Below are positions 32,698 to 44,992 of a DNA stretch of 64,000 bases, one piece after another. Numbering within the stretch: position 1 is the stretch's first letter; every line of letters begins with the position of its first letter. The stretch comes from Bacteroidales bacterium (lineage in GTDB: Bacteria > Bacteroidota > Bacteroidia > Bacteroidales > WCHB1-69): positions 83,381-147,380 of the forward strand of contig JAKSMB010000003.1 of assembly GCA_024400875.1 (NCBI GenBank), in the 5' to 3' direction. The notes under the pieces were generated by a model. That model ran no database searches. It had not been told where the DNA came from and worked only from the letters and a program-made list of their open reading frames with translations. The position numbers and the translations under genes were made by a program.

Positions 32698-33075
32698 ATG
32701 GCAGATTTGAAAGCATTTGCAGAACAATTAGTTAATTTGACCGTTAAAGAAGTTAACGAATTAGCTCAAATTTTGAAAGATGAATACGGTATTGAACCAG
32801 CTGCTGCAGCTGTTGCAGTTGCTGCTGGTCCTGCAGCTGGTGGTGCAGCCGCTGCTGAAGAAAAGACCGAATTCGACGTTATCCTCAAATCAGCTGGCGC
32901 TCAAAAACTTCAAGTTGTAAAGACTGTTAAAGAACAAACTGGTCTCGGCTTGAAAGAAGCTAAGGAATTAGTTGACGGTGCTCCTAAGGCTGTTAAGGAA
33001 GGCGTTTCTAAAGAAGAAGCTGAATCTTTGAAGAAAACTCTCGAAGAAGCTGGTGCTGAAGTAGAAATTAAATAA
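32698..33075 (+). CDS. rplL: 50S ribosomal protein L7/L12
   Basis: [40 protein letters not shown]...[40 protein letters not shown]. Confidence 0.97.
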   Translation: MADLKAFAEQLVNLTVKEVNELAQILKDEYGIEPAAAAVAVAAGPAAGGAAAAEEKTEFDVILKSAGAQKLQVVKTVKEQTGLGLKEAKELVDGAPKAVKEGVSKEEAESLKKTLEEAGAEVEIK

Positions 33076-33097
33076 TTTTCTTCATAACCTTTTCAAT

Positions 33098-33133
33098 AGT
33101 ACAACACTTCCACTACGGTGGAAGTATTGTACT
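33098..33133 (+). terminator. rplL-rpoB intergenic hairpin (probable partial terminator or attenuator)
   Basis: agtacaacacttccac-tacg-gtggaagtattgtact forms a 16-bp stem with one mismatch. A T-rich but interrupted tail follows (tattgttgtattt). Confidence 0.55.
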
Positions 33134-33207
33134 TATTGTTGTATTTAATACCCACTGATTGGTATTCATTTAGTCAGTAAATTTTTATTCAATAAAAAAT
33201 CAAAGCC

Positions 33208-36200
33208 TTGGCAACCAATAACAATCAAAGAATAAGTTTTGCATCCACAAGACCAGTTCCATATCCAGACTTCTTGGATATCCAACTTAAGTCTTTTCAG
33301 GAGTTCTTCCAAATCGATACTGATGCTGAAAACCGCCACAACGAAGGCCTTTATAAAGCATTCTCAGAGAACTTCCCTATTACGGATCAGAGAGGCAACT
33401 TTATCCTGGAGTTTTTAGATTACTACATCGACGCACCGCGTTACTCTATGGATGAATGTCTTGAAAGAGGTTTGACTTATAGCGTCCCATTGAGAGCTAA
33501 GTTGAAACTCTCTTGCAATGATGTTGAACACGAAGATTTTGAAACTGTAATCCAAGACGTATACTTGGGCATGATTCCTTACATGACCCCAAGCGGTACC
33601 TTTATCATCAATGGTGCTGAACGTGTTGTTGTATCACAGTTGCACCGTTCTCCTGGTGTGTTCTTCGGATTCTCATACCATACGAATGGTACTCCATTGT
33701 ACTCTGCTCGTATCATTCCTTTCAAGGGATCATGGATGGAATTCACTACCGATATCAACAACATCATGTATGCTTATATCGATAGAAAGAAGAAATTGCC
33801 TGTTACTACATTGCTCCGCGCTATTGGTTACGAAAACGATAGCGATATCTTGAGTATCTTCGACATCACTCAAGAAGTAAAGGCAACCAAGGCTAACTTG
33901 AAGAGATATCTCGGTCAGAAACTCGCCGCTTCAGTTACAAAATCTAGATATGAGGATTTCGTAGATAGCGAAACCGGTGAGGTTGTGAACCTTGAACGTA
34001 CCGAGATCATTATCGATCGTGAGACCGTTTTGGAAAAAGCTCATATCGATAAGATTACTGAAGCGAACATCAAGACTGTTCTCTTCCACAAACAAGACGA
34101 TAAACAGATCGACCACTCTGTTATCTTCAACACCTTGCAGAAAGACCCAACGCACTCCGGTAAAGAGGCTATCGAATATATCTATCTGCAACTCAAGAGT
34201 ACTGCAGCTCCTGATGAAGAAACTGCACGTGCTACCTTGGATAAACTGTTTTTCTCAGACAAACGTTACGATCTCGGCGAAGTAGGCCGTTATCGTATCA
34301 ACAAGAAATTGAATCTTAACATCCCGATGGAAACGGGTGTGCTGACCAAGGATGACATCATCTCCATTATCCGTTATTTGATTGAGCTTATCAACTCAAA
34401 GACCGAAGTGGATGATATCGACCACTTGAGCAACCGTCGTATCCGTACCGTCGGCGAGCAATTATATAACCAATTCAGTTTAGGTTTGAACCGTATGGCA
34501 CGCACGATGCGTGAAAAGATGAACGTTCGCGACCACGAATTGTTCTCACCTACAGATTTGATCAATGCCAAGACGCTCTCTTCTGTAGTGAACTCTTTCT
34601 TCGGTACAAACCAACTGTCACAGTTCATGGATCAAACCAACCCATTGTCAGAGATTACGCATAAGCGTAGAATTTCTGCTCTTGGTCCTGGTGGTTTGTC
34701 CCGTGACCGTGCAGGTTTCGAAGTACGTGACGTACACTATACCCACTATGGCCGTCTGTGTACGATCGAGACCCCTGAAGGTCCGAACATCGGTTTGATT
34801 TCATCTTTGTGTGTATTCGCAAAGATCAACCGCCTTGGTTTCATCTCTACTCCATATCGTCGAGTTGTGGATGGCCAAGTACAATTCAATGAAGAACCGG
34901 TATTCTTGACCGCAGAAGAAGAAGATAATATGCGTATTGCTCAAGCCAATACCCCAATGGATGAAAACGGCGTTCTCGGTGAGAAGGTTAAAGCTCGTCG
35001 TTTGGCCGACTACCCAATTCTTCCAAAAGAAGATATTGACTTGATCGACATCGCTCCTAACCAGATTGCATCTATCGCTGCATCTTTGATTCCATTCTTG
35101 GAAAACGACGATGCTAACCGTGCCTTGATGGGTTCTAACATGATGCGTCAGGCCGTACCATTGTTACGTCCTGAAGCTCCTGTCGTTGGTACTGGTTTGG
35201 AACACCAGGTTGCTGTTGACTCCCGCGTGGTTCTCGTTGCTGAAGGTACTGGTGTTGTGAAGTCAGTAGATGCTCTCCATATTGAAATCGAATACGAACG
35301 TACTGATACAGAAGCGTTGGTAAGCTTCGACTCCAATGTTAAGAATTACCAGTTGCTCAAGTTCAGAAGAACGAACCAAAGTTCTTGCTTCAACCAACGT
35401 CCAATCGTTGTGAAAGGACAACACGTGAAGAAAGGCGATGTACTTACCGAAGGTTATGCAACCGAAAACGGTGAACTTGCACTTGGTCGTAACTTGATGG
35501 TAGCATTCATGCCTTGGAAGGGTTACAACTTCGAGGATGCTGTCGTTATTTCTGAAAAGGCTGTAACAGACGACTTATATACTTCTATCCACATCGAATC
35601 ATTCACAATGGATGTTCGTGACACAAAACGTGGATTCGAAGAATTTACCAATGATATTCCAAACGTATCAGCTGAAACCACCAAGGATTTGAATTCAGAC
35701 GGTTTGATCCGCGTTGGTGCAGAGGTTAACGAAGGCGACATTCTGATTGGTAAGATCACTCCTAAGGGTGAGACTTATCCTACTCCAGAAGAGAAGTTGC
35801 TTCGTGCCATCTTCGGTGACAAGGCAGGCGACGTTAAGGACGCTTCCCTCAAGGCACCTCCATCCATGAAGGGTGTTGTTATCGGCTCTAAGTTGATGTC
35901 TCGTTTGGTTAAGGATAGAAAATCCAAAGCTAAAGATAAGGATATTGTAAAAGAAATCGAAGACAGATATGCAGTTGAATACAACAAGTTGCATGATGTT
36001 GCCGTTTCTAAGCTCTATAAGATCTTGGAAGGTAAGATTGCCCACAATATCCACGACAACGCAAAGAACATCGTTATCGCTAAGGGTGCTAAGTTCTCCC
36101 AGAAGTTGTTGAACACTGTAGATTTCACTTCTATCGCAGTTTCAAAATGGACAAACGATGCTAAGATTAATGCGTTGGTGTCTGAAATTATTCGCAATTA

Positions 36201-37008
36201 TCTTGTCAAAGAGCGTGATATTACAGCACGTAAGACTCGTGAAATCTTTGACGCTACCATTGGTACCGAGTTGCCTTCTGGCATTGTTCAAATGGCAAAG
36301 GTTTACATTGCTAACAAGCGTAAACTCCGCATCGGTGATAAGATGGCAGGTCGTCATGGTAACAAGGGTTGTGTGGCTAAGATTGTTAAGCAAGAAGACT
36401 TACCATTCTTGGCAGACGGTCGTCCTGTAGACGTGGTATTGAACCCGCTGGGTGTGCCTTCACGTATGAACTTGGGCCAGATCTATGAAACCATCTTGGC
36501 TTGGGCTGGTAAGAAACAGGGTTGTAAGTTTGCAACGCCTATCTTCGATGGCGCATCTCTCGATCAAATCAATGAGTACCTCCGTGAAGCAGGTCTTCCT
36601 GAAAACGGTAGCACTCAGTTGTATGATGGTGAAACTGGTGAACCATTCCACCAAAAAGCAACCGTGGGTTACATCTACTATCTGAAGTTGCACCACATGG
36701 TTGACGATAAGATGCACGCACGTTCAATCGGACCTTATTCAATGATTACGCAACAACCGCTTGGTGGTAAGGCACAATTCGGTGGTCAGCGTTTCGGTGA
36801 AATGGAGGTCTGGGCAATTGAAGCATACGGTGCTTCTAATGTGCTCCAAGAAATCCTTACCGTTAAGTCTGATGACGTGGTAGGTAGAGCTAAGGCTTAT
36901 GAAGCCATTGTCAAGGGTGACAATATGCCGGTAGCCGGTATCCCTGAATCCTTCAATGTGCTTGTTAACGAGCTCCGTGGCCTCGCATTGGATATTAAAT
37001 TTGAATAA
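33208..37008 (+). CDS. rpoB: DNA-directed RNA polymerase subunit beta
   Basis: [28 protein letters not shown]..., [24 protein letters not shown], and [14 protein letters not shown]...[12 protein letters not shown]. The ORF begins with TTG at 33208, and no in-frame ATG lies near the conserved N-terminus. Confidence 0.97.
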   Translation: MATNNNQRISFASTRPVPYPDFLDIQLKSFQEFFQIDTDAENRHNEGLYKAFSENFPITDQRGNFILEFLDYYIDAPRYSMDECLERGLTYSVPLRAKLKLSCNDVEHEDFETVIQDVYLGMIPYMTPSGTFIINGAERVVVSQLHRSPGVFFGFSYHTNGTPLYSARIIPFKGSWMEFTTDINNIMYAYIDRKKKLPVTTLLRAIGYENDSDILSIFDITQEVKATKANLKRYLGQKLAASVTKSRYEDFVDSETGEVVNLERTEIIIDRETVLEKAHIDKITEANIKTVLFHKQDDKQIDHSVIFNTLQKDPTHSGKEAIEYIYLQLKSTAAPDEETARATLDKLFFSDKRYDLGEVGRYRINKKLNLNIPMETGVLTKDDIISIIRYLIELINSKTEVDDIDHLSNRRIRTVGEQLYNQFSLGLNRMARTMREKMNVRDHELFSPTDLINAKTLSSVVNSFFGTNQLSQFMDQTNPLSEITHKRRISALGPGGLSRDRAGFEVRDVHYTHYGRLCTIETPEGPNIGLISSLCVFAKINRLGFISTPYRRVVDGQVQFNEEPVFLTAEEEDNMRIAQANTPMDENGVLGEKVKARRLADYPILPKEDIDLIDIAPNQIASIAASLIPFLENDDANRALMGSNMMRQAVPLLRPEAPVVGTGLEHQVAVDSRVVLVAEGTGVVKSVDALHIEIEYERTDTEALVSFDSNVKNYQLLKFRRTNQSSCFNQRPIVVKGQHVKKGDVLTEGYATENGELALGRNLMVAFMPWKGYNFEDAVVISEKAVTDDLYTSIHIESFTMDVRDTKRGFEEFTNDIPNVSAETTKDLNSDGLIRVGAEVNEGDILIGKITPKGETYPTPEEKLLRAIFGDKAGDVKDASLKAPPSMKGVVIGSKLMSRLVKDRKSKAKDKDIVKEIEDRYAVEYNKLHDVAVSKLYKILEGKIAHNIHDNAKNIVIAKGAKFSQKLLNTVDFTSIAVSKWTNDAKINALVSEIIRNYLVKERDITARKTREIFDATIGTELPSGIVQMAKVYIANKRKLRIGDKMAGRHGNKGCVAKIVKQEDLPFLADGRPVDVVLNPLGVPSRMNLGQIYETILAWAGKKQGCKFATPIFDGASLDQINEYLREAGLPENGSTQLYDGETGEPFHQKATVGYIYYLKLHHMVDDKMHARSIGPYSMITQQPLGGKAQFGGQRFGEMEVWAIEAYGASNVLQEILTVKSDDVVGRAKAYEAIVKGDNMPVAGIPESFNVLVNELRGLALDIKFE

Positions 37009-37037
37009 GAAGACAATTAAAAATCATATTGTACATT

Positions 37038-40000
37038 ATGGCTCTTAGAAAAGACAATAATACAAGAAAGGAATTTCAAAGAATTACCATCAGCTTGGCT
37101 TCTCCTGAAACCATTCTGGACCAGTCCCACGGTGAGGTTATCAAACCGGAAACCATCAACTATAGGACCTACAAACCAGAACGTGATGGTCTTTTCTGTG
37201 AAAAGATTTTCGGACCAACCAAAGACTGGGAATGCCATTGCGGTAAGTATAAGAGAATCCGCTACAAAGGCGTTACTTGCGACCGTTGCGGTGTAGAAGT
37301 TACAGAACGCAAGGTTCGTCGCGAAAGAATGGGACACATCCAATTGGTGGTTCCAGTTGCCCACATTTGGTTCTTCAAATCTTTGCCTAATAAGATTGGC
37401 GCATTGCTCGGTTTGGCATCCAAAGAAATTGATGCAATCGTCTATTATGAAAAATATGTAGTCATCCAACCGGGTGTTGCAGAAAGCGACAAGATTAAAT
37501 ATAAAACGCTGTTGACAGAGGAAGAATATTTCCAAGTTGTGGACAATCTTGCTCCTGACAATAGATTGTTGGATGATACCGATCCTAACAAGTTCATCGC
37601 AAAGATGGGTGCTGAAGCATTGTATGACCTTCTTTGCAAGGTTGACTTGGATGGTGAATCATACGAGTTGCGTGCTAAAGCAAATGTTGAAACTTCTCAA
37701 CAACGTAAGAAAGATCTTCTCAAACGCTTGCGCGTATTTGAAGCTTTCCGCGACAGCCGCAAACGTGCGGAGAACAGACCAGAATGGATGATCGTGAAGA
37801 TCGTTCCTGTTACTCCTCCAGAACTTCGTCCTTTGGTTCCATTGGATGGTGGACGTTTCGCTACGTCCGACTTGAATGACCTCTATCGTAGAGTTATCAT
37901 TCGTAACAATCGTCTGAAACGACTCATCGAAATCAAGGCTCCAGATGTGATTATGCGTAATGAAAAACGTATGTTGCAAGAGGCTGTTGACTCATTGTTC
38001 GACAACTCTAAGAAGTCTGGCGCTCAAAAGAATGACTCTAATCGTCCTTTGAAATCCCTTTCTGATAGTTTGAAAGGTAAACAAGGTCGTTTCCGTCAAA
38101 ACTTGTTGGGTAAGCGTGTTGACTATTCAGGCCGTTCCGTAATCGTTGTAGGTCCAGATTTGCACCTCAATGAATGCGGTCTGCCAAAAGATATGGCAGC
38201 TGAGCTGTTCAAACCATTTATCATTCGCAAGATTCTCGAAAGAGGTATCGTAAAGACTGTTAAATCTGCTAAGAAGATTGTTGATCGTAAGGATCCTGTT
38301 GTATGGGAAATCCTCGAAAACATCATGAAGGGTCACCCAGTTATGCTGAACCGTGCTCCGACTTTGCACCGTCTGGGTATCCAGGCATTCCAACCAAGAT
38401 TGGTTGAAGGTAAGGCTATCCGTTTGCACCCTCTCTGTTGTACCGCTTTCAACGCCGACTTTGACGGTGACCAGATGGCTGTACACGTACCTCTTGGCAA
38501 TGCTGCCGTTATGGAAGCTCAGATGCTGATGATGGCATCCCATAACATTTTGAACCCAGCCAACGGTGCTCCTGTAACCGTACCTTCTCAGGATATGGTC
38601 TTGGGTTTGTACTACATCACTAAAGAATTACCATCTACACCAGATCACCACGTTAAGGGTGAGGGCGGTATCTTCTATGGTCCAGAAGAAGTAATGATTG
38701 CTTACAATGAGAAGAAGGTACACCTCAATGCTAAAATCAAATGTCGTGTAGACCTCAAGGGTGATGGTGAAATGAAGATCATCGATACTACAGTAGGTCG
38801 TGTTATGTTCAACCAGGTTGTTCCGAAAGGCTATGGCTTTATCAATATGTTGTTGACAAAGAAAGCCTTGAGAGATATCATTGGTGAAGTATTGAACAAA
38901 TGTGGTAACAAAGTTTGTACCGACTTCCTTGATAACATCATGACCTTGGGTTATCGCATGGCTTACGAAGGTGGTCTTTCATTTAACTTGGGTGATGTTA
39001 TCATTCCTGATGCTAAGCCAGAATTGATTGCTGAAGCTAATGCACAGGTTGATGAAATTACGATGAACTATAATATGGGTTTCATCACAAATACAGAACG
39101 TTACAACCAGGTCGTTGACGTGTGGTCACAGTGCAATGCTCGTTTGTCTAAGATTTTGATGAAGGAAATTGAAGAAGACCGTCAAGGTTTCAACCCTGTA
39201 CACATGATGCGTGACTCTGGTGCCCGTGGTTCTGCTGAACAGATCCGTCAGTTGTCTGGTATGCGTGGTTTGATGGCAAAACCTTCTAAGGCTGGTTCTT
39301 CCGGTGGTGAAATTATCGAAAACCCGATTTTGTCAAACTTCAAGGAAGGTTTGTCAGTACAAGAGTACTTTATTTCTACTCACGGTGCTCGTAAGGGTTT
39401 GGCTGATACCGCTTTGAAAACTGCCGACGCTGGTTACCTTACCCGTCGTTTGGTTGACGTTTCTCACGATGTGATTATCAATGAGGAAGACTGCGGTACA
39501 CTTCGTGGTATGACCGTTGGTGCAATGAAGAAAAATGATGAAGTTGTTGAAACTTTGTACGACCGTCTGTTAGGTCGTGTTACCTTGCACGATGTATATC
39601 ATCCACAAACAGGTGAACTTATTGTTAAAGCAGGTGAACTGCTTACTGAAGAATATTGTCAAGCTATTGAAGATTCTCCAATCGAAGAAGTTGAAATCCG
39701 TTCAGTACCAACTTGCGAATCTAAACACGGTATCTGTCAGAAGTGTTACGGTCGCAACTTGGCAACCGGCAAGATGGTTCAAATCGGTGAGGCTGTCGGC
39801 GTAATCGCTGCTCAATCTATCGGTGAACCTGGTACACAGTTGACATTGCGTACATTCCACGTCGGTGGTGTTGCTGGTAACGTGGCTTCCAACAGCTCTA
39901 TCCAAGCTGCATACGATGGTGTCTTGAGTATCGATGAACTCCGTGCTCTTGAAAAGACTGATGCTCTTGGCAAGACTTATTATAAGGTTATTGGTCGTAC

Positions 40001-41336
40001 CGCTGAAATTAAGATTATTGATGTGAAGACCGGTATCGCATTGGCAACCGCTAACGTACCTTACGGTTCTAACCTCTATTTCAAACACGGCGACTCTTTG
40101 AAGAAGGGTGATTTGATTGCTGATTGGGATCCATTCAACGCTGTAATTCTTACTGACGTAGCTGGTAAGGTTAAATTCAACGATATCTTGGAAGGTATTA
40201 CATACCGCGTAGAAACCGATGAACAAACCAATATCCACGATAAGGTGATTATCGAAAGCCGTCAGAAGACAAAGAACCCAAGTATCTCTATCGTTGACGA
40301 ATACGATAACGAATTGAAGAGATTTGACGTTCCTGTAGGTGCTCGTTTGGCAGTTGAAGAAGGCGATGAAATTGATTCAGGTGAAATCCTCGTTAAGATC
40401 CTTCGCTCATTCGGTAAGTCAGGCGATATTACCGGTGGTCTTCCACGTGTAACCGAGCTCTTTGAAGCACGTAACCCGTCAGACCCTGCAGTCGTTTCTG
40501 AAATCGATGGTGTTGTATCATTCGAACCTAAACTCAAACGTGGTAACCGTGTTGTAAAAGTTACTCCACGTAACGATGATGGTACTGGCGTTAAGACATA
40601 TCTCATCCCAACTTCTAAACAAGTTTTGGCTCAGGCAAATGACTTTGTAAAGGCTGGTACTCCACTTTCTGAAGGTTCTCTTACTCCAGTTGACATCTTG
40701 AACATCAAGGGTGCTCAAAAGGTACAAGAATATATCATCAATGAAATCCAGGAAGTATACCGTCTCCAAGGTGTAAAGATCAGCGACAAACACTTCGAGG
40801 TTATCGTACGTCAAATGATGCGTAAGATGGAAATCGAAGATCCAGGTGATACCAAGTTCCTCCAAGGTGAGTTGATTAACAAGATCGACTTCCAAGAAGA
40901 AAATGATCAAATCTGGGATAAGAAGGTTGTTGAAGATCCAGGTGATTCTGATGAAGTTAGAACTGGCCAGATCATTACAGCTAAGAAGTTGCGTGACGTT
41001 AACTCAATCTTGAAACGTCGTGATCAGAAGTTGGTAACTGTACGCGATGCTAACCCTGCAACCGGTAAGCCAATCCTTCAAGGTATCACACGTGCTTCCT
41101 TGCAAACCCGCAGCTTTATCTCTGCTGCTTCCTTCCAGGAAACGACGAAGGTGCTTACAGAAGCTGCTATCAATGCAAAGAGCGACGATTTGATGGGTAT
41201 GAAGGAAAATGTTATCGTAGGCCAAAAGATCCCTGCAGGTACGGGTATCCGCGCTTATCAACACACTATCGTGGGCTCAAGAGAAGAGTACGAGTCTATG
41301 ATGGCTGCAAGAGAAGCTATTGAATTAAACGATTAA
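37038..41336 (+). CDS. rpoC: DNA-directed RNA polymerase subunit beta'
   Basis: [12 protein letters not shown], the Zn finger [20 protein letters not shown], the catalytic motif [14 protein letters not shown], and the trigger-loop region. ATG 37038 is preferred over the TTG at 37029. Confidence 0.97.
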   Translation: MALRKDNNTRKEFQRITISLASPETILDQSHGEVIKPETINYRTYKPERDGLFCEKIFGPTKDWECHCGKYKRIRYKGVTCDRCGVEVTERKVRRERMGHIQLVVPVAHIWFFKSLPNKIGALLGLASKEIDAIVYYEKYVVIQPGVAESDKIKYKTLLTEEEYFQVVDNLAPDNRLLDDTDPNKFIAKMGAEALYDLLCKVDLDGESYELRAKANVETSQQRKKDLLKRLRVFEAFRDSRKRAENRPEWMIVKIVPVTPPELRPLVPLDGGRFATSDLNDLYRRVIIRNNRLKRLIEIKAPDVIMRNEKRMLQEAVDSLFDNSKKSGAQKNDSNRPLKSLSDSLKGKQGRFRQNLLGKRVDYSGRSVIVVGPDLHLNECGLPKDMAAELFKPFIIRKILERGIVKTVKSAKKIVDRKDPVVWEILENIMKGHPVMLNRAPTLHRLGIQAFQPRLVEGKAIRLHPLCCTAFNADFDGDQMAVHVPLGNAAVMEAQMLMMASHNILNPANGAPVTVPSQDMVLGLYYITKELPSTPDHHVKGEGGIFYGPEEVMIAYNEKKVHLNAKIKCRVDLKGDGEMKIIDTTVGRVMFNQVVPKGYGFINMLLTKKALRDIIGEVLNKCGNKVCTDFLDNIMTLGYRMAYEGGLSFNLGDVIIPDAKPELIAEANAQVDEITMNYNMGFITNTERYNQVVDVWSQCNARLSKILMKEIEEDRQGFNPVHMMRDSGARGSAEQIRQLSGMRGLMAKPSKAGSSGGEIIENPILSNFKEGLSVQEYFISTHGARKGLADTALKTADAGYLTRRLVDVSHDVIINEEDCGTLRGMTVGAMKKNDEVVETLYDRLLGRVTLHDVYHPQTGELIVKAGELLTEEYCQAIEDSPIEEVEIRSVPTCESKHGICQKCYGRNLATGKMVQIGEAVGVIAAQSIGEPGTQLTLRTFHVGGVAGNVASNSSIQAAYDGVLSIDELRALEKTDALGKTYYKVIGRTAEIKIIDVKTGIALATANVPYGSNLYFKHGDSLKKGDLIADWDPFNAVILTDVAGKVKFNDILEGITYRVETDEQTNIHDKVIIESRQKTKNPSISIVDEYDNELKRFDVPVGARLAVEEGDEIDSGEILVKILRSFGKSGDITGGLPRVTELFEARNPSDPAVVSEIDGVVSFEPKLKRGNRVVKVTPRNDDGTGVKTYLIPTSKQVLAQANDFVKAGTPLSEGSLTPVDILNIKGAQKVQEYIINEIQEVYRLQGVKISDKHFEVIVRQMMRKMEIEDPGDTKFLQGELINKIDFQEENDQIWDKKVVEDPGDSDEVRTGQIITAKKLRDVNSILKRRDQKLVTVRDANPATGKPILQGITRASLQTRSFISAASFQETTKVLTEAAINAKSDDLMGMKENVIVGQKIPAGTGIRAYQHTIVGSREEYESMMAAREAIELND

Positions 41337-41346
41337 AACATAGAAT

Positions 41347-41649
41347 ATGCCAGAACAGAAAATTGACATAAACTTGAATGAAGAGGTGGCTCAGGGTATC
41401 TATTCAAACCTGGCGATCATCTCCCACTCCAATACTGAGTTCGTTCTTGATTTCGTATCGATACTCCCAGGTATGCAAAAGGGTAATGTACGTTCTCGTA
41501 TCATTATGACTCCTCAAAATGCAAAACGCTTGCTCCAAGCATTGGCTGACAATGTTACCAAGTTTGAGCAACAAAGTGGTGTCATCGAAGACAATCAACA
41601 ACGCGGAGGCGAAATCCCTCCAATCATTAATGGCGGTGGATTTGCTTAA
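41347..41649 (+). CDS. DUF3467-family small protein, 10 nt downstream of rpoC
   Basis: INLNEEVAQGIYSNLAIISHSNTEFVLDFVSILPGMQKGNVRSRIIMTPQNAKRLLQAL matches my recollection of the DUF3467 consensus (EL.eevaeGvYsNlaii.hs..EFv.DF). Confidence 0.75.
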   Translation: MPEQKIDINLNEEVAQGIYSNLAIISHSNTEFVLDFVSILPGMQKGNVRSRIIMTPQNAKRLLQALADNVTKFEQQSGVIEDNQQRGGEIPPIINGGGFA

Positions 41650-41684
41650 TAGAACGTTCAAATTTAGCTATAACAAATGATGCT

Positions 41685-41713
41685 GGGGCGGCTTTCGAGT
41701 CGCCCCTTTTTTT
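41685..41713 (+). terminator. Rho-independent terminator ending the rpoBC operon
   Basis: Hairpin ggggcg-gctttcgagt-cgcccc followed by T7. Confidence 0.8.
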
Positions 41714-41715
41714 CG

Positions 41716-41723
41716 TATTTTTG
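41716..41723 (+). promoter_or_regulatory. -7 promoter box TATTTTTG upstream of the ABC-F gene
   Basis: Matches TAnnTTTG, 24 nt upstream of the ATG at 41747. Confidence 0.5.
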
Positions 41724-41746
41724 CGCCTCAATTTCGAAATAGATAA

Positions 41747-43672
41747 ATGATTCAACTCAATAAACTCTCTGTAAATTTTACTGGCGACTTCTTGTTTCAC
41801 GATATCTCCTTTGTGGCAGGTGACCGCGACCGAATCGGTCTGGTTGGCCATAACGGAGCCGGAAAGTCCACCTTGCTGAAGATTATCCATAAGGATATGG
41901 AGCCAACCTCTGGAACAATGGTGGTAACAACGGGCTACAAGATCGGCTATCTGCCTCAGGAACTGGCCGAAACATCTTACAAAACCGTATGGGAAGAGAC
42001 TATGTCTGCTTTCGTAGAAGTGAAACAACTGGAAGCGAAGATGCAGCGTCTCACCAATGAACTTTCGGAACGTACCGACTACGAAACGGAAGAGTATGCC
42101 TTGCTCGCGCAACAACTGTCGGATACGAACGACCGTTACAACCATTTGGGAGGTAATATGATAGAAGGCGAAGCCGAAAAGGTGCTGGCCGGTATGGGTT
42201 TCAAACGTACCGACTTTGCTCGCCCGATGGCTGAGTTTAGCAATGGCTGGCAAATGCGTGTCTGCTTGTCGAAAATCCTGCTGCAAAAACCGGAAATTAT
42301 TCTCTTGGATGAGCCCACCAACCATCTGGATATTGAGTCTATTCAATGGTTGGAGGACTACCTTGCCAATTATGACGGATGCGTTATCTTGGTGTCACAC
42401 GACCGTGCTTTTCTGGATAGAGTGACCAACCGTACGGTGGAGATTACTTGTGGAACCATCCAAGACTATAAGTGTAGCTATTCGCAATATGTAGAACAAC
42501 GCTTGGAACGCATTGAACATCAGCAGGCAGCATACGAAAATCAACAACAGCAGATTGCCCAGATTGAGCGTTTCATTGAGCGTTTTAGATATAAGGCAAC
42601 CAAGGCCCGTCAGGTGCAGAGTCGATTGAAGATGCTGGAGAAGATGGATAGGGTGGAGATCGATGAATACGATAGCTCTTCCATTACGTTTAAGTTCCCG
42701 CCTGCCCCGCATTCGGGACGCGCCGTGGTGGATGCCAAGAATCTGACACTGGCCTACGAACCTACCACGAATGTGTTGGACAGCATTGACTTCCATATCG
42801 AGCGCGGCGAACGTGTCGCCTTCGTGGGGAGAAATGGTGAGGGTAAGTCCACAATGGTGAAGGCTATCGTGGGCGAACTTGCCCCGATGTCGGGTGCCTT
42901 GGAATTGGGGCATCAGGTGGTCATTGGCTACTATGCCCAAAACCAGGCGAAATTGTTGGATCCCGAAAAGACCGTTTTCGAAACCATCGACGACGTGGCA
43001 GTAGGTGACATCAGACCGAAGATACGCACGATCTTAGGTAGCTTCCTTTTTGATACGGAGGCTACGGAGAAGAAGGTAAAGGTGCTGTCGGGTGGCGAGA
43101 AGGCTCGATTGGCATTGGCAAAACTGCTGCTTTCTCCATTCAACTTGCTGATACTGGACGAGCCAACCAACCACTTGGATATGCCGTCCAAGGATGTGCT
43201 GAAGAATGCACTGCTGCAATACGAGGGAAGCTTGATCTTGGTATCGCACGATCGTGATTTCTTGCAGGGGCTTTCTACAAAAACATACGAATTTAAGGAT
43301 AAGCAACTGCGTGGCTATACGGGCGATGTGTATGATTTCTTGAATCAGCGTAAGCTTGAAACACTGAATGAGTTGCAGCGTGCGACAGCAACGGCGACGG
43401 CGACAGGTGGTAAGCCGGTTTCTTCCAATAAGGAAAACTACGAACGCCGCAAAGAGCAGGAGGCCGCCGACCGTAAGAAGAAAAACCGTATGCGTAAACT
43501 CGAGGACGAAATGGAACAACTGAAACAGCAGATTGCTGAAATCGAAGATAAACTCTCTCAGCCGGATAAGTACGCTGCAGAAATCAATTCGGGTGAGCTG
43601 TACAAGGCATACGAAGCAACGAAGGAACAACTGGAGGAGAAAGAGTTGGAATGGCTGGAGTTGAGCGAATAG
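41747..43672 (+). CDS. ABC-F family ATPase (two NBDs, no TMD, C-terminal coiled-coil extension)
   Basis: NBD1 has GHNGAGKST, the signature FSNGWQMRVCLSKIL and ILLLDEPTNHLD. An interdomain linker follows. NBD2 has GRNGEGKST, LSGGEKARLALAKLL and LLILDEPTNHLD. The charged C-terminal helix reads KKNRMRKLEDEMEQLKQQIAEIEDKL. Confidence 0.9.
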   Translation: MIQLNKLSVNFTGDFLFHDISFVAGDRDRIGLVGHNGAGKSTLLKIIHKDMEPTSGTMVVTTGYKIGYLPQELAETSYKTVWEETMSAFVEVKQLEAKMQRLTNELSERTDYETEEYALLAQQLSDTNDRYNHLGGNMIEGEAEKVLAGMGFKRTDFARPMAEFSNGWQMRVCLSKILLQKPEIILLDEPTNHLDIESIQWLEDYLANYDGCVILVSHDRAFLDRVTNRTVEITCGTIQDYKCSYSQYVEQRLERIEHQQAAYENQQQQIAQIERFIERFRYKATKARQVQSRLKMLEKMDRVEIDEYDSSSITFKFPPAPHSGRAVVDAKNLTLAYEPTTNVLDSIDFHIERGERVAFVGRNGEGKSTMVKAIVGELAPMSGALELGHQVVIGYYAQNQAKLLDPEKTVFETIDDVAVGDIRPKIRTILGSFLFDTEATEKKVKVLSGGEKARLALAKLLLSPFNLLILDEPTNHLDMPSKDVLKNALLQYEGSLILVSHDRDFLQGLSTKTYEFKDKQLRGYTGDVYDFLNQRKLETLNELQRATATATATGGKPVSSNKENYERRKEQEAADRKKKNRMRKLEDEMEQLKQQIAEIEDKLSQPDKYAAEINSGELYKAYEATKEQLEEKELEWLELSE

Positions 43673-43700
43673 TTTAGGTTAGAGTAATAGAAGAAGATAT

Positions 43701-44891
43701 ATGGCGCAAAAATTAGAAGAAGTTCCACAAGAACAAGCCGTACTTTTGGCGGTATCAACGCCTTCGGTGACAGAAGAGAAGACGAAAGAGTATCTGGATG
43801 AGTTGGCGTTCCTGGTGGATACGGCAGGTGGTCAGGCGGTGAAGTATTTCACCCAGAATCTGCAGCACCCGGACTCCAGAACATATATGGGCTCTGGAAA
43901 AATCAAGGAAGTGGCAGAGTATGTACACGAAAATGGCATCGACTTGGTGGTGGTGGACGACGAATTGTCACCATCTCAGCAACGTAATGTTGAGGCTATC
44001 TTAGGATGCAAGGTGATGGACCGCACACACCTTATCTTGGATATCTTTGCCAAAAGAGCACAAACGGCGCACGCAAAAGTGCAAGTGGAGCTGGCTCAGT
44101 ATAAGTACTTGTTGCCACGCTTGACCGGTATGTGGACGCACTTGGAGAAACAACGCGGTGGTATTGGTATGCGTGGTCCTGGTGAAAAGGAAATCGAAAC
44201 CGACCGCCGTATCATCCGCAACCGTATCTCTTTGTTGGAACAAAAGTTGAGAGATATCGATCGACAGAAACAGACGCAACGCGGACATCGCGACAAGTTC
44301 GTGCGTGTGGCGCTGGTGGGCTATACCAATGTGGGAAAGTCAACCATAATGAATATGCTCTCCAATGCGGAGGTGTTTGCGGAAAACAAACTTTTCGCCA
44401 CCTTGGATACAACCGTGCGCAAGGTCGTTTTCGGCAACCTGCCGTTCTTGCTTTCCGATACGGTCGGCTTTATCCGTAAGCTGCCCCATAGCTTGGTGGA
44501 GTCTTTCAAATCTACGCTCGATGAGATTCGTGAAACGGACCTGCTGCTACACGTGGTGGATATTAGCCACCCTGATTTTGAAGAACAGATCGCCGTGGTG
44601 AACCAAACCCTCTCCGAAATCAATGCGGGCAGTAAACCGATGATCATCATTTTCAACAAGATAGATCAATACACCTGGGTGGAAAAGGAAGAAGATGACT
44701 TGACTCCTAAAACGAAGGAGAACATTACCTTGGAGGAACTGAAGGCTACCTGGATGGCAAAAAGCAATCACAAAACGTTCTTCATCTCTGCTAAAACAAA
44801 GGAGAATGTGAACGAAATGAAGGAAATGTTGTATGAAGAAATAAAGAAACTGCACATCCAAATCTATCCGTATAACAACTTCTTATACTAA
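43701..44891 (+). CDS. hflX: GTPase HflX
   Basis: N-terminal HflX domain (ELAFLVDTAGG...SGKIKEV...VVVDDELSPSQQRNVE), GGIGMRGPGEKEIETDRR, and G-domain motifs GYTNVGKST, DTVGF and NKID. Confidence 0.92.
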   Translation: MAQKLEEVPQEQAVLLAVSTPSVTEEKTKEYLDELAFLVDTAGGQAVKYFTQNLQHPDSRTYMGSGKIKEVAEYVHENGIDLVVVDDELSPSQQRNVEAILGCKVMDRTHLILDIFAKRAQTAHAKVQVELAQYKYLLPRLTGMWTHLEKQRGGIGMRGPGEKEIETDRRIIRNRISLLEQKLRDIDRQKQTQRGHRDKFVRVALVGYTNVGKSTIMNMLSNAEVFAENKLFATLDTTVRKVVFGNLPFLLSDTVGFIRKLPHSLVESFKSTLDEIRETDLLLHVVDISHPDFEEQIAVVNQTLSEINAGSKPMIIIFNKIDQYTWVEKEEDDLTPKTKENITLEELKATWMAKSNHKTFFISAKTKENVNEMKEMLYEEIKKLHIQIYPYNNFLY

Positions 44892-44992
44892 GAAGTTGCC
44901 CCGATGGAAATCTATTGAAAGGATATGTCTTTCGTTAATGAAAAACTTATTAACAATGATATCCTAAAATCGTTCCAAGTGGACTAATATTA

